A stretch of DNA of 64,000 nucleotides, from contig JBEWZL010000202.1 of assembly GCA_045837725.1 (NCBI GenBank), positions 62,001 through 126,000 on the forward strand, given 5' to 3'. Origin of the DNA: Vermamoeba vermiformis. Lineage: Eukaryota. A program made the position numbers and the translations under genes. The notes beneath the pieces were generated by a model, which was given only the letters and a program-made list of their open reading frames with translations, did not search any database and was not told where the DNA came from. Shown here piece after piece: positions 41,305-54,429 of the stretch; positions within the stretch are counted from its first letter, which is position 1, and every line of letters starts with the position of its first letter.

Positions 41305-44300
41305 TTAATCTTGAGGTTGTTCTTGGTGAGGATACTTGGCGTAAACTTCGTCCCAAGTAATGTTGTCGTTGATCAATTGGTGCAACACCTCGGCGACTTC
41401 ATCGATCTGTATTAATAACACAACGTAAGTATAAAGCTATATAATACACGGGTCCATTAATACGTACGCTAATGCGGATCTGGTTAGTTGAGTCACGTTC
41501 ACGGAGAGTGATAGTGTTGTCCTTCAACGTGTCAAAGTCGATGGTGATACCGAAGGGAATACCAATCTCGTCAGTTCGGGCGTATCTAGTGTACCATTCA
41601 CATTAATATACTAGCCTTAAATAGGTAATATAACAACTCCTACCTTCGACCAATGTTGGTGCTAGACTCGTCGACCTTGATCGAAATACCACGAGAAGTC
41701 AAGAGCTTGGCTATATTGAAGTGATATTAGGGCTCGTCTAAATAAGGCTATTCAAGTGCAATGAACTTACAAAGCTTTTGGACGGTGGGAGTGAATTGAG
41801 CGTTTTGACTGAGGGGCAAAATGCTGCACTTGGTGGGGGCAACGATCGGCTTAATGGCCAACACTGCGCGTTGCTCGTCACCTTCACGCACGTAGTACGA
41901 GTGCTCGAGCAAACAGTAGATAATACGACCAACACCGAATGCGGGCTCGATGACGGAAGGAGTGATGTTTTGACCGGTGATCTTCTTTTGGACCTTTTGG
42001 ACCTTGACCATCGTCTTGGTGACCTTCAAACCTTCGATGGTAGGCTCACTATAAAAAATTAATACAGACCTATATCGTGCTTTGGACTTACGGCTCGGCT
42101 TCGAATTTAGCCAACAACTTGGCCAATTCTTCTTGGCTGTTTTGAATGCTCTCCAAGTAAGTCAACAACGGCTTGGCGGCACCCTTGAAAGTCGCGCCAA
42201 TGCTCTTCTTGTCGACTTCCATTTCAATGACCTCAATGGTTTTCTAATAGGACTCGATTAGCACGTGATAAAGCTTGCCTAGTGCGACAGTTATTGACTT
42301 ACAGGACCATCGGGGAATTCAACGAAAGCGACGAGAGGCTCGCCGGAGTGCTTGGTGTGCACGGTCAAGTCGTAAGCGGATCTGTCAGCAATACCGACGC
42401 ATTCAATCCAACCCTGGTTCAAAAGCGTCAGTCAATATGACACGTGTCAAACTGAGGCCTGCAAGCGACTTACGTAAGAAGTTTCAATTTCAGCGTCCCA
42501 GCAGTCGCAGGCATAGTGAGCCATTTCAGTGGACAAGTGCTGTCTGAATCGCAAGCGAGAGGGCTCAATACCGATCTTGATCAAGAACAAGTGCACGCGG
42601 GCAATGAAGTAACCGAGGGTCTCGTTGTTGACAACACCCTTGGCGACCATATCACCGATAGTACCGGGAACGGGGTCCTTATTCTCGAGCTGCAAGTCAC
42701 GAGGGAAGAATCGGATCACAGTGTCGGCCACAGAGCTGAACTTGGGGTGGTTCTTTTGATCGGGCAATACAAAGTGTTCGATTTCGGCCAAAGTAAATTC
42801 TCTAAAATAGGTGTCATCGTGTCAATATTACGTTCAAATTTTCCAAATATGGCTATATTTGCAGATTTAATGGGACGTACCTGACACGCAACAAACCAGA
42901 GCGAGGAGCAATTTCGTTTCTGAAGGCAGGACCGATTTGAGCGGCAGCGAAGGGCAATTTGCCAGCGTTGTACTCCAACAAGCGCTTAAAGTTGACGAAC
43001 ATACCTTGCGCGGTCTCAGGGCGGAGGTAGCTGCAAAAATAAAATTAATAAAATTGCAAAAAAAATTTGTTGTTGGTGACGTACCCAGGCAATTTACCAG
43101 TAGGACCGATTTGAGTAGAGAACATCAAATTGAAGGGGAAGGGCTCGCTGACGGGGTTGCCAGTATCGGGGGACTTAATCTTGAAAGATTTAATCATAGC
43201 ACCCAGATCCTCAGCGCTGAGAGTGTCGACCATGACTCGATCCTTCTCCAACTTTTCTTTGTCGGCAGGCTTAATATCCTTCTTTTCGAGTAATTTGTCA
43301 ATGTGCTCCTTGACCAAGTGATCAGCTCTGAAGCAGTCACCAGTCTTTTCATCGCGAACCATCAGATCGGTAAATTTTGCAACGTGGCCAGATGCACTAC
43401 AAAAATTGTTAAAAAAATGCGTTTAATACGCAAAAATAGTATAAATATATTTGTAAATTAGTGGAAATATTTAAACGTACACTAAGACGGGCTCAGGAGT
43501 CAAAGCGCTGCACTCGATCTCAAAAATGCTATCCTCCAAAATGAAGAATTGTCTCCACAAATTGAGGACGTTGGTCTTAACAGCACTACCTGGTGGACCA
43601 TAGTCGTACAAACCCTTAACACCTTTAACAAGATCGTCAGTCGGAATATTTAAAACCAAAATCATTTCCAAAATTAATTTAAAAATTATCCTACGGATTG
43701 CTACCCGTTTATTATCCTCGTTTATAGGGCGTTTATTCGTTAATAATTATTAAAAAATTAATAAAACGGCTGGTTACCTTTATAGATTTCAAAGGATTGA
43801 GCGATGAAGAATCTTCTTCTGAGAAGCTCATCAAACTTGACTCTATCGAAGGCCTTTTCCTTCTTTGCGACCTACAATAATATTTTGTAAATAAAGGTCA
43901 ACTGTCAAACTCTCTAACGACTATTAGACGGTTTGTATTAGATCGCGTTTGTACCTTCGCTTTCTTATCGTTTTTCTCCATTGTATTAATGAATATTATT
44001 GGTACAACGGTCCACGTAGTAAATATAAAAAAATGTCTATCCGAGTAATTTAGCAAAACTTTGTTGCTGGGCTCGATGAAATTTGACCGTCAAAAATTAA
44101 AATTTGACTGGCAAACTCTCCGCTGCAAAGACACGCAGAGAATTATGGTGCAAGCCAACGACGTTACGAGATTATTCTCGAAAATAAGACCATGTGCTTA
44201 CCGATTTTGTGGATTGTGTTCGAATAGTATTCAGATCCAGCTTGGATCGATGGAATAAAGAGGTAGTATTTACATGGGTGGTTGATTTGGCTACCGCGAA

Positions 44301-44506
44301 GTAATATTCGTTAATAATTAGTCGAAATACGAAGCAGGTGAATTAAAATCGATTTTTCATTAAAATTAGATCCGACAAGTGAGTTCAATTTACTTACATT
44401 TGTTTGTTGTTCGCAATACTGGTGTGGAAAAAAGTGTCCTATTTTTAGGTGCTTTTATGGCTACGTTTGTAACTGCCTTGCACAGCGGTGCGATCCGGCC
44501 AAACAT
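41305..44506 (-). CDS. GARS: Glycyl-tRNA synthetase (eukaryotic homodimeric type) with alternative starts at 43981 (cytosolic) and 44506 (mitochondrial)
   Basis: [67 protein letters not shown]. Confidence 0.95.
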
Positions 44507-45360
44507 TTCTAACGTGATTGACGTGTCTACAATAAAATAAATAACAATAAATAATCTATACCATTTATACAAATAAATGCGGTCGTTTAGCGCTGTTTGC
44601 GATGAACAGGCTGGAAGTTAATGAACGCACTTTTTCCATTTGATTTTCTTATCAATTAACTGAACGACAACGACAAACCAAAATCAACACCAACACGAAT
44701 AAATGTCCAACATAGCGAAGTTAATTACATAACGGTAAGAAGCCAAGCAAATGTTACATTGGCGCGAAGAAGAGCTTGCCAGTACCGGCAAGCATTCATT
44801 GAAAAAAAGAAATAATTTAAGCAGGATAAATAGTAATATGCTAGTAAATCTATTGCTGGCGTGAGTGTCAGGCCAGTTGCGGACATTTTAATTTTAATTA
44901 ATATTCGGAATATTCGTGCTCTTTAGCGTAATTAAATCCAAACCTCTGTTATTTGCTCAAACTAAGTAACTCCTTTATAAAGCCTCATTGCATTAAAAAT
45001 TAATAGAAGCGGAAATAGAAAAAGTTGTCGCCGACAAGTTGATCGTTCTAAAGGTACGCCCACACTAGAGTTAAATATGCTTTGCATCTAACAGAGCAGT
45101 ATTTTCAGACCGGTCTGATCACTGTCTTTGCTGTCGTACACGTTCCTCGTACAGCGACTTCTGTCTCTGCTGTCTCGAGAAGATCCAATATTTCGCAAAA
45201 AGAACGAGCCATAATGGCATCTTTCAATTTTATTATCAACAATCACTCAATCAACACGAACTTACAAAACCCTCAAAGATTCTCTCACGTGCTTGACGAC
45301 CCCTTTAAAGTTAAAAAAGTTTTCGTTTTATAAAATCAGCGCTTTCGTTGCAACAACACA

Positions 45361-47030
45361 ATGCACCGTGCAATTATTTTCACTCTTTTTGTTGCAGCGT
45401 TATTACACTCCGTTCAAAGTTGGAGCCCTAGTGAATATCCTCTTGGTCTTCTTGGACTTGCGAACAAAGCCTCCGTAGCACTGAGTGGAGCGACATTCGT
45501 TGGTACTCCGTAAGTTATCCTAATATTGCAAATTATTTGGCCTTGAACTGACCGAGATCAGAGAAACACAATGGGTTAACGTCAACGATACCGTGTTTTA
45601 TCCTACAGTTGGCCACGCGCCGTGGTTGCAAGAGGAAGATGGTCTGCCTTTGAGCGTCAGATTCAACGGATCTCAGTAAGCTGTCTTTTTTTCTATCCCG
45701 AATTATCGATGCATCGTATTAAAGTTTAATGAATATATTATGTTATAATAGCGATCTAACAAAGCAAATTTTAGGTGCCTAAGCAACGATCTGAATAGTT
45801 CGCGTTCTATTCCCTTAATAAGCGAGTTTGCGTTTATAGCCGTCTTCAAAGCTCCCTCGCAAGGAACTCATACCTTGTTTGCTCAGCAGTCAAGTCCAAC
45901 AGAGGGATACGCAATCGTTTTCGCTCGAGGTAACCGATCAGATCCGATCTCACCCAGGTTCAACTAATTTGCCTTGATTAGATACAATTTCCGTGCAATT
46001 AATTCTGTTCGTTAATGGCAATAAGGAAAATTCTGTTTTGGTTAGCTCTGACCTTTGGGCTGTTGATTCCAGAATGATCGCGCAAGTCCAACTCAGCCAA
46101 AGCACGGGACTTACTATGCGTCTCGAAGGTTATGGCTTTGGATCTGTCAATTCGTATCCAGTTCCAGCATTTTCAAGTTCAGGTAATTCTTAAAGTTAAC
46201 GACAACAACAATTCCGTTCTCTAACATTTGCTGCAGACAAACGAACGCTGATTGGATGCAATATTGACGGAAGTAATTACGCTACTGCTGACATGTTTGA
46301 TATTATTGTGTCTTCAAACTTTACTTCCTTTGAACAGTCATTTGTCAACGCTCTTCTAATGATAAATCACGGATTGGATAGCAACTTGAACGACCCTAGT
46401 TTCACTAACGAGGAGTTCAAAGCAAATGTGACGGGCATTTCCCGTTCTGGTGAGGGTTTTCTGTTTGACAACGGCACATGTCGCTCAGCTGAGCTCGTGC
46501 TTTCGTCGAACTCGACAACTGATTGGTCACAACAGTACACGCTTGTAGGCCACAACATTAACAGTACGCTGGAGATGATTCCATTGAACGGAAATGTCAG
46601 TCGATCAGCTCGAGTGTGGTACATTACCAAGAGAGCCCCTGTCGCAGTGGCCTTTGATCCGGAATTATACGAGCAGTCTGGCATCAATTGGAGCGACAAA
46701 GACTTCGATTTCAAGCACATTTTACTCTATTCTGAAACTAGAGACTATAACTGGACCGTGCTAGCGACTGTTGACGCAAACAACGGCAAGCCAGCTAGCT
46801 TTGAGAGAATGATGATTGCACCTGGCTACGTTACCTACGCTGTTGAATTTATATCAAATAGAACAGTTGAAGTGCCTATTGCTGCACCAGTTGCAGAATT
46901 TGTTCCTCAACAGATTTTGCCTCCTGTACCAAAAGTTGCCGTTCCCACGTCATCAATCGCCTCTACCGGATCCATTCTTGGCTCGATCTTTGGTTCGGCG
47001 ATGATTCTGGTTGTATTAATAGCTTACTGA
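45361..47030 (+). CDS. Secreted/cell-surface glycoprotein (signal peptide, possible LamG-like fold, C-terminal hydrophobic anchor)
   Basis: MHRAIIFTLFVAALLHSVQS signal; many NxS/T sites; SVRFNGSQ and LILFVNG LamG-like strands; tail ILGSIFGSAMILVVLIAY. Confidence 0.65.
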
Positions 47031-47144
47031 AGGACAATAAATGGTGCGAGAACCTCCTCATCTAATTTTCAAGAACCTTTCCAGGAGCGAAAGAAGCACG
47101 CCCATAAAAATTACCTGAATTACAGCACGACCACAGTCAATATT

Positions 47145-47883
47145 ATGGACGATGATTTTGAAGGATTTGACGGTGGCGATGAAGTCAACCAAGAGGATGT
47201 AAATGCACTTGAAGAAGAGTATGCGGATGTCGGCGATGAAACGAACGATAAACTGCGATTACAAGCAGCCACACATTATTTCATTGGAAAAATATGCGAT
47301 AATGAGGGTAATCATACGAAAATTACTTGTCTAGATGCCTTATTATTAATCATTTATTTTTTTCCTTTCGATCCTGGCGTCCGTAATATCGATTTCAGCG
47401 AGGTTCTAACCTATGTGTATTTTTAAATATATTTGATGAATTTTCTAACAATTATTACGCCTTTGCAGAAAAGAACTTGGATCTGACAGTTTCCAAGAAA
47501 GCGATCGCAGCTCTGAACGAAGTATTTCTTGATTTTGCTGGTAATCGGATTAATTTGCGTCAAATCTGTACTTAATTATGGTTTTAGGTGTTGTAGCGGA
47601 AGATCTAGAACAGTTCGCCAAACACGCGAAACGAACAACTATCAGACCCGACGAGTAAGTCTCAGAACCTTTACAATACGTTCTAATACTAGTGCCTAAC
47701 ATCTTCAAGTGTTCTACTATGCGCACGACGTAACAAGTCCTTACACAAGCAGTTGTCAGATCAGGTCGAACAAGAGCCAAAGAAGAAAGTTGCAAGGAAG
47801 AGGAAAGCTGACGAAGGACCTGATGAAGACGGAGGTGAAGAAAAGAAAAAGAAGACGACAAAGAAAGCTAAAGCTGACTCTAA
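47145..47883 (+). CDS. CENPS: CENP-S/MHF1 histone-fold protein
   Basis: LQAATHYFIGKIC, AEDLEQFAKHAKRTTIRPDDVLLCARRN. Confidence 0.88.
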
Positions 47884-48045
47884 GACTAAAAAGGACACGT
47901 TGAGCGATCTGTAACCTCGATCCAACCCGTTGTAAATTATGTACAGAACGATTATATTAAAAGCTTTTATTTAAAAACGGTTGTAGTTGTATATCGACTG
48001 AACGAATTACACATCAATTCAGAAACAGATTCAACCAGATCTTGT

Positions 48046-50089
48046 TTACTGCTCATCGGGATCAACGAAGTTCTCCTTGACCATGTGAGTCTTGATCCAC
48101 TCGGTGGTGACTGACTTAGGTCTCTCAATAGGAAGACCCAAAGCTCTGTCCCAAACCAAGCTAGACAAGACACCAATGGCTCTGGAAACACCGAACAAGA
48201 CGGTGTAGTATTCGTGTTCCTTCAAACCGAAGTATTGGAGCAAGACACCAGAGTGGGCGTCAACGTTGGGCCAAGGGTTCTTAGCCTTGCCTTGTTCTCT
48301 CAAGACGTCAGGGACGACTTCGTAGAGTCTTGAGACCAACTTGAACATAGAGTCGTGAGGCAAGTGCTTCAAAGCGAACTCACGTTGGCTGGTGTAACGA
48401 GGATCAGTCTTTCTCAAGACGGCGTGACCGTAGCCAGGGACGACTTGACCACCCTTGAGCAAGTTCCAGACTTCAGTTCTCAACTTCTCCTTAGTGGGCT
48501 CTTCAACACCGATCTTCTTTTGGAGATCGACCAAGAAACGAAGAACTTCTTGGTTGGCAAGACCGTGCAAAGGACCAGCAAGACCGTTCATACCAGCAGC
48601 GAAGGCCAAGTAAGGGTCAGACAAAGCAGAACCGACCAAGCGGACAGTGTGGGCAGAGACGTTACCACCCTCGTGGTCGCTGTGGATAACCAAGTACAAG
48701 CGCATCAAGTCGTCGAATTGAGCGTTGTTGAAGCCCAACAAGCGAGCGAAGTTAGCGCTGTAGTCCAACTTGGCGTCGTGAGCGGCGAGCTTGCCGTCCT
48801 TGTAGGTGTTTCTGTAGATGCGAGCAGCAATCTCGGGCAAAGCGGCGAGAATGTTCAAGGTGTCTTCGAAGGAAGAGTCCCAGTACTCGGTCTTCTTGGT
48901 GCCAGATTGGTAGGCCTTGGCGAATTGAGACTCGGATTGCATGGCAGTGACGGCAGCAGACAATTGAGACATGGGGTGGAGGTGCTTGGGGAAGTTGTTC
49001 AACAAATCAACAACGTGCTTGGGGAGCTTGCTGCGCTTGTGCAATTCGTGGGTAATAGCGTTGGCCTAGTAAAAGAATAACAAAAGTTAGACGCAAAAAA
49101 AAGATACGGATCGCGTGTCGGATGTGGCAGTAAACAAATAAAAAAAGAATATCACGGACTTTTAGCACCACGGTCCCATCAGAAGTAGATTGCTTCTAGT
49201 ACCGCAGTGACTCTAAAGCCGTTTGTATTGATGCTCGAGAGCATGTAGTGGCGTGCTTACTTGATCTTGAGTGGGAACCTCGCCAGTAATCATCAACCAC
49301 AACAAAGCCTCAGGGAGGGGTTCAGTACCCTTGCCCTTGGGCAACTTCTCTTGCAACTCGGGGATGGTGAATCCACGGAAACGAATACCCTGTAACAAGA
49401 TCGTGAGTTTTGACTCGTACTCCAGATGGCACCGCATTGATTTATGGGAATGTTAACGTACCTCGTTGGAGTCCAACAAAGAGGTTTCGTAAACCATAGC
49501 CTTAACGTCTCTCATACCAGCGTAGGCCTAATAAAATTACGCGTTAATTTTTGGATCGATCGCATCCCGCAACGGCTAGCTGATTGGATCTTACTTGTTC
49601 AACAGTGCAGGTACCCAAAACCTTAGCACCGAGCTTGGTTCTGATTTCCTTGACTTCCTCTCTCTTAGCAGGAATCAATTCCTTCAAACGCTTCTTCAAG
49701 CCCTATTTTTAAAAATAAAAATCAGACCTATTCCTGAGCACGAAAATAAATAATATGACATCAGCTATATTACGGTAAATAATTAGGTAAAATTATCCGG
49801 TTATTGTATCGGTCATTAAAAAGTTTTCTGGTTTTGTGGGTGTGGATGAGATTTGTTTCTTCGCCGCGTTTCGTTGCACTATATCGAATTTAAGCATACT
49901 TACAGATTCGTCTTGGTGAGTAGCATAAGAGCGAGAGGCAATGGAGCCGAAGATCGACTTGTTAGAGGTCTACAACAAACGAGGATTAGATTTCATGCCC
50001 CGCAATTATCTTCGAATAATTAATTATACCTGAACAACGTTAGATTTGCCCAAGGCCTTAACAACTGATGAACGGAGAGTAGACAACAT
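48046..50089 (-). CDS. CS: Mitochondrial citrate synthase
   Basis: Presequence [72 protein letters not shown]. Confidence 0.97.
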
Positions 50090-50693
50090 CTGAAAAAAAT
50101 AATTACGGTGAGTTCAATAGGAAGATATTTTGATTATAGAAGCCTTTAATTATTCATAGCGTTCCAATAATTTTCAGGAGCATTATTATCGCTGATACAT
50201 TGCAATATCGATTTATTTAAGTAGTACGAGACTGCATCAGGCTTCGTAAAAAAGATGCAAAACGGCCTCGGAACTTGGTAAGAGTCAAAGGTTGGGTAAT
50301 ATTCATACCTTTGTTTGGTGGTTGTGTAGTAAAAATGGCGATAAACAAATGTCCTAACAAATTTCGTGAAGGACACGGCACGGGGACAAGTTTTCTGCTA
50401 GATCTCCCGTTTTATCAATTTTACGCTCAAATAACCCGAAGCGAACTTGTCAATCAACCTTACTATGGTCCAACTTTTCGATCGTTCCTGCCAATCCGAT
50501 GTCTCTAAATATTTCTCCGGCCATTTGTTCTGCCGGATGTAACTGGAACACAACTGTCGAGACGAGCGAACAGCTGTTACTGATAGCTCCGGATATATTT
50601 AGTATTAGTAGGGCGTTTCGTTGCGCTCCCACAATAAAGGCAGCGAAATTTGTCGGCAACCAATAAAGACCTGCAATCAAGCATTTATGAAGC

Positions 50694-50856
50694 ACGGTTG
50701 TCATATGGCATGAGGGCGAGGGGTGTGGTTGCAATGATACTTAATACGATACATCATAGTGATATGATGACATTAGCATTGCGACTCATGGTTAAAGACT
50801 GAAGTTGACCAGTCCTCGCTTAGGGGGTTCGATTCCCTCCGATCGTATCTCTTTTT
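50694..50856 (+). ncRNA. Candidate tRNA-like Pol III RNA of non-canonical structure
   Basis: Perfect B-box/T-arm GGGGG-TTCGATT-CCCTC (50823-50839); 7-bp acceptor-like stem ACGGTTG/CGATCGT; T5 terminator 50852-50856; extensive internal pairing; no canonical anticodon arm. Confidence 0.55.
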
Positions 50857-50991
50857 GCCTCTGCTCCTTTGTATATTAAGGCTCTAATGCGTATTGCTTA
50901 GTCATCTAGCTATTAGTCTTTGATTTTCGTTATTTTTGGGTCTAATTTAAATTTCATAATTAATTTATTTTCTTTTGTTTTGTATTTCGCC

Positions 50992-52777
50992 ATGAAGACA
51001 ACAACGAAACTATTGTCTATTTTTGTTATATTTGTTGTGCTTGCTTCGGCATTCACTCCAGGTAAGTAACCAATCCACGTCACCAACGAGGGATCGGCTT
51101 AGCATTGATTCGTATCGGTAATTAATATCTTGATTTATACAGTTTTGTCCAAGAGATCGGCGGAGGTAATACAGCAGTAAAATAGCACTACCGAGAACAA
51201 AATTTTTTTTGGATCAACTTGTTTTCGCTTGTTTAACGAGCCATGTCCTTACAAAAATTTCTAAAAAATAGGAGGATGATGAATATGACGATGACGAGTT
51301 TGTTGGCGTCGAGGAAGTAAAACAAAAGCCCACGAAGCCATCTGCACCTGTCAAACCTGAGATCCCTATTAGTACGTGACCTGCCAGGCAAAAAGTAATG
51401 CGATATTTTTATTAATAGTATTTTATTAGATGATGTGCTCCTAAATGAGTCCAAAGGCCCATCAAATTATTACATGGAGATCGGCATCGTTGCCTTCGTC
51501 GTAGTTTACATCATGTACTCGTTTGTTGGCAAGAACCAAAACGAAGCTTATGCTCTCGCTTGGTGAGTTGATCGATATTATACGAAGGCGAGGTGTACTA
51601 ATATCAATAACATTGCAGGGCTAAGACTTATCGTGCCACCCTCGAAGAACAATTCAGCAAAGTTGGCGAGGCCGCGAACACTTTGTTGGTCAAAGAAAGT
51701 CAAGCACGCTTTGTCGCTCACTGCACTGGTCGAGCTAACTGCATTGGTGCTCAATTCACCCTCAAGGTATGTCTAATAATGAAGCTTTATGGCACGTGAT
51801 TGACCACCTTGCCTAGATGCACAAACGTCACGACTTGTTGAGTGGCTTGTACAGCATTGTCAGCAGATCTCAAGACGAGGTTATTATTGACATTCCTATG
51901 AACGACGATGCCATGGAGCCCTTCGTCTTTGCGCTCGTGCCCAAGAACGAGAAGCGTCAATACCAAAAGGAGTACCCTGACTTGGTACGGTCCCTCGCAC
52001 CTACATTCTGTCCTATGTCTCACCATTTGTATTGTAGGAATCCTTGGCCACTACCGTTAATCACGAAGCAGTCCCTAAGGGCAAAGTCTTGTTGTCTGAC
52101 TGCAGTGAAATGGTCTCGACTATTTTGACCGGAGACGTCGCCAAGACCCTCCAATCATTCGACAAGGACATCGTCTTCGTGCACTTCACTGACCAGTTCG
52201 CCGTGGACCCCAAGTAGTAAGTAGCCCTTGTTTACATGATTATGATTTAGATGCTCAACGAGCCAATTTCAGCCCGAAGATTTTGCGATTTGTGTTGCGA
52301 ATGCCGCCATTGAGCGATATGGGCCGACACGTCACTATCTTCAAGATGATTTTCTTCTTGGTAGATTTGATTGGCAGAACCAAGTTGTCCGATAGAGTAA
52401 GTCTGCCGTGTCTATGTCAGATCCATGGATGTGCTCATGTTCGACTTAGGCTAAACAAGCTGCCACGCAAAAGAGACAGAAGATCGTCCAAAAGAGCTTG
52501 AAAGAGACTCGCCAACAACGCGAGGAGGTAGGACAAGCCAGTATAATTGTTCTCTGATCCGACTTTTTGACACCGGAACTAGGCTGCTCAACAACGAAGA
52601 CTTGAGAAAGAACGTGCTGAAAAAGAAAAGTTAGAGAAGCGCATGGAGAACATGACTCCCGAGCAACAAAGAAAACTCGAGGCCAAGTTGAAGCGAAGAG
52701 AGGTTAAGAAGGTAACGTTACTCTAATGATATTGATTCTACGCTGGTGCTAACACGTACTTGTAGAACAAAATCTAA
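50992..52777 (+). CDS. CCDC47: PAT complex subunit CCDC47 (DUF1682)
   Basis: Signal peptide, acidic DDEFVG, TM followed by GKNQN..A.AW, CTGRANC, KRHDLL, VHFTDQ, C-terminal MTPEQQRKLEAK. Confidence 0.85.
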
Positions 52778-52929
52778 TAGGACTAGTATTCATTTGCAAA
52801 TAATAAACGAACGTTTAGAAGACACTTGTCCGTTACGCTGCGGATCTACTAACAGGTAAACCCTCGTGGAACTTCGATCCTAGAAATCGATCTGGAGATC
52901 GAGTACTATATATCCTTTCGACAATTCAT

Positions 52930-54429
52930 TTATTTGTATTTGTCAAATATTTTGCGCGCAATAGATTCAAATGACCTTAAGCCAGGATAACGCAAGTACT
53001 TAAACACATTGATCCAGATCTCAGGTGGGATCAACGCTTTCATCGACGAATCTCGTGCAAGACTATGTATCACAACCACATTATTCTCGTACATTTCTTG
53101 CTGAAAGATTCTATTCCGCATTAAGTATTTTTCAACAGGAGCGCCGAAAAAGCCCAAATGGATCAAGGAATAATTGACTTCAAACAAGGATATAAATTGT
53201 TCTTCACGGTATATAATCAGGGGCATATCATCGGTTATGCTTACTTCAAGGGATTTTAACGTGTTATTTTCTTTGAGTGCATCCACGAACCTGTCGATAT
53301 TGTCGTTGTACTGGCCAATCACTGCAATCCATTCCAATTTAGTATTTTTCTTAATAATATCAACCATTGTTCCAATTATAGAGCCTTGACAGGCATAGTC
53401 GCCAGTCATAAGATTTTCTATACTCGGATGTGTCTCCAAAACTGAACCATAATACCGAATAGATGCGTCATCCACATTATGCAATAACAATATTAGTTGA
53501 TGTAGCGTATCATTTCCTTTCAGTCCGTCCGCTAGTGCTCTGCATCCGTCGTTCGATGAGACTTGCAAAGATAGCCTTTTTAGGCTTTTATTGCATCGTA
53601 GAGCCTCGCTGAATTCTTTTGTAAATCCCTCTGAGATAGGGTGCTCTGGTTCTCCTAACATTAGGTCCGTTAACGAGCTGATCTTGAAAATTGTAGCAGG
53701 AACGGATGTGTATTCATTGCCCGATAGGTTCAATGTCCGAACAGTCTTATTGTCTTTCAATGCATCGCATAGTATTTCTAATGCTTCATTATTGATCTTG
53801 GCTACGAGGTGCAAGCTAGTTATTGAATTGTTGGATCTGAGACCTTCCGCCAAACTAGTTATAGCTGTCCGATTGAATGGATAATCGGAGTCTATATGCA
53901 ACTCTTTCAATGTCTTAGTATATTTTAATCCATCAAGGAAATTGTCTATCGTGGAAATTCCGGGTGAATGTTCGGACAATGATAGCATTTCTATCGATTT
54001 GTTTTCTTCGAAAAGATCGTTCAATATGCACCATAATTCAGCACAGTCATATATCATAAGCTTTTGAATAGATTTGTTTGTTTTCAAGCCATCAGATAAA
54101 TACTGAACTTCATCCGGATGTACCTTCACCCGAGCAAAATGCAGCAATTGCAAATTATTGAGTGATCCGATAGCTTCACCAAACATTTGACCGGCACCTT
54201 TTACTACTGTCATGTCACATATCGATAGTTTTGTCAAATTGTTGCAAGATCTCAATCCAGCTGAGAAAATGTTCGTCAGTTGTGGATCATCCGTTGAAGA
54301 TTGCCACGTTAGTGCCAGGTCATTTAATATTCTATTATTTTCTAAGAATTGTCCTAGCCATTTAACAATCGAATCATCTTCAGCGTAAAATGCCTTCACG
54401 TCCAACGACTTTACTGACGAATTCTTCAT
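52930..54429 (-). CDS. RNI-like (NLRC3-type) leucine-rich repeat protein; upstream exons near 54478-54845 unresolved
   Basis: Repeated LxxGLKxNxSLxxLxL units in a 499-aa ORF; C-terminal IPPEIWINVFKYL. Confidence 0.8.
   Translation of the reverse strand: MKNSSVKSLDVKAFYAEDDSIVKWLGQFLENNRILNDLALTWQSSTDDPQLTNIFSAGLRSCNNLTKLSICDMTVVKGAGQMFGEAIGSLNNLQLLHFARVKVHPDEVQYLSDGLKTNKSIQKLMIYDCAELWCILNDLFEENKSIEMLSLSEHSPGISTIDNFLDGLKYTKTLKELHIDSDYPFNRTAITSLAEGLRSNNSITSLHLVAKINNEALEILCDALKDNKTVRTLNLSGNEYTSVPATIFKISSLTDLMLGEPEHPISEGFTKEFSEALRCNKSLKRLSLQVSSNDGCRALADGLKGNDTLHQLILLLHNVDDASIRYYGSVLETHPSIENLMTGDYACQGSIIGTMVDIIKKNTKLEWIAVIGQYNDNIDRFVDALKENNTLKSLEVSITDDMPLIIYREEQFISLFEVNYSLIHLGFFGAPVEKYLMRNRIFQQEMYENNVVVIHSLARDSSMKALIPPEIWINVFKYLRYPGLRSFESIARKIFDKYK

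Noticed and set aside
48355-49080. Long antisense ORFs over citrate synthase (also over SLBP, GlyRS, kinesin and MYBBP1A)
   Set aside because: Shadow ORFs caused by strong codon bias on the real strand
50744-50780. U6-like fragments ACGATACA...ATTAGCAT
   Set aside because: The ACAGAGA box and the rest of U6 are missing; likely coincidental
50694-50847. tRNA-Sec, tRNA-Pyl or true tmRNA identity
   Set aside because: No TCA or CTA anticodon in a proper loop, no G73, no G3:U70 pair and no tag reading frame
52880-52915. B-box-like ACTTCGATCC
   Set aside because: No flanking T-stem, acceptor stem or terminator
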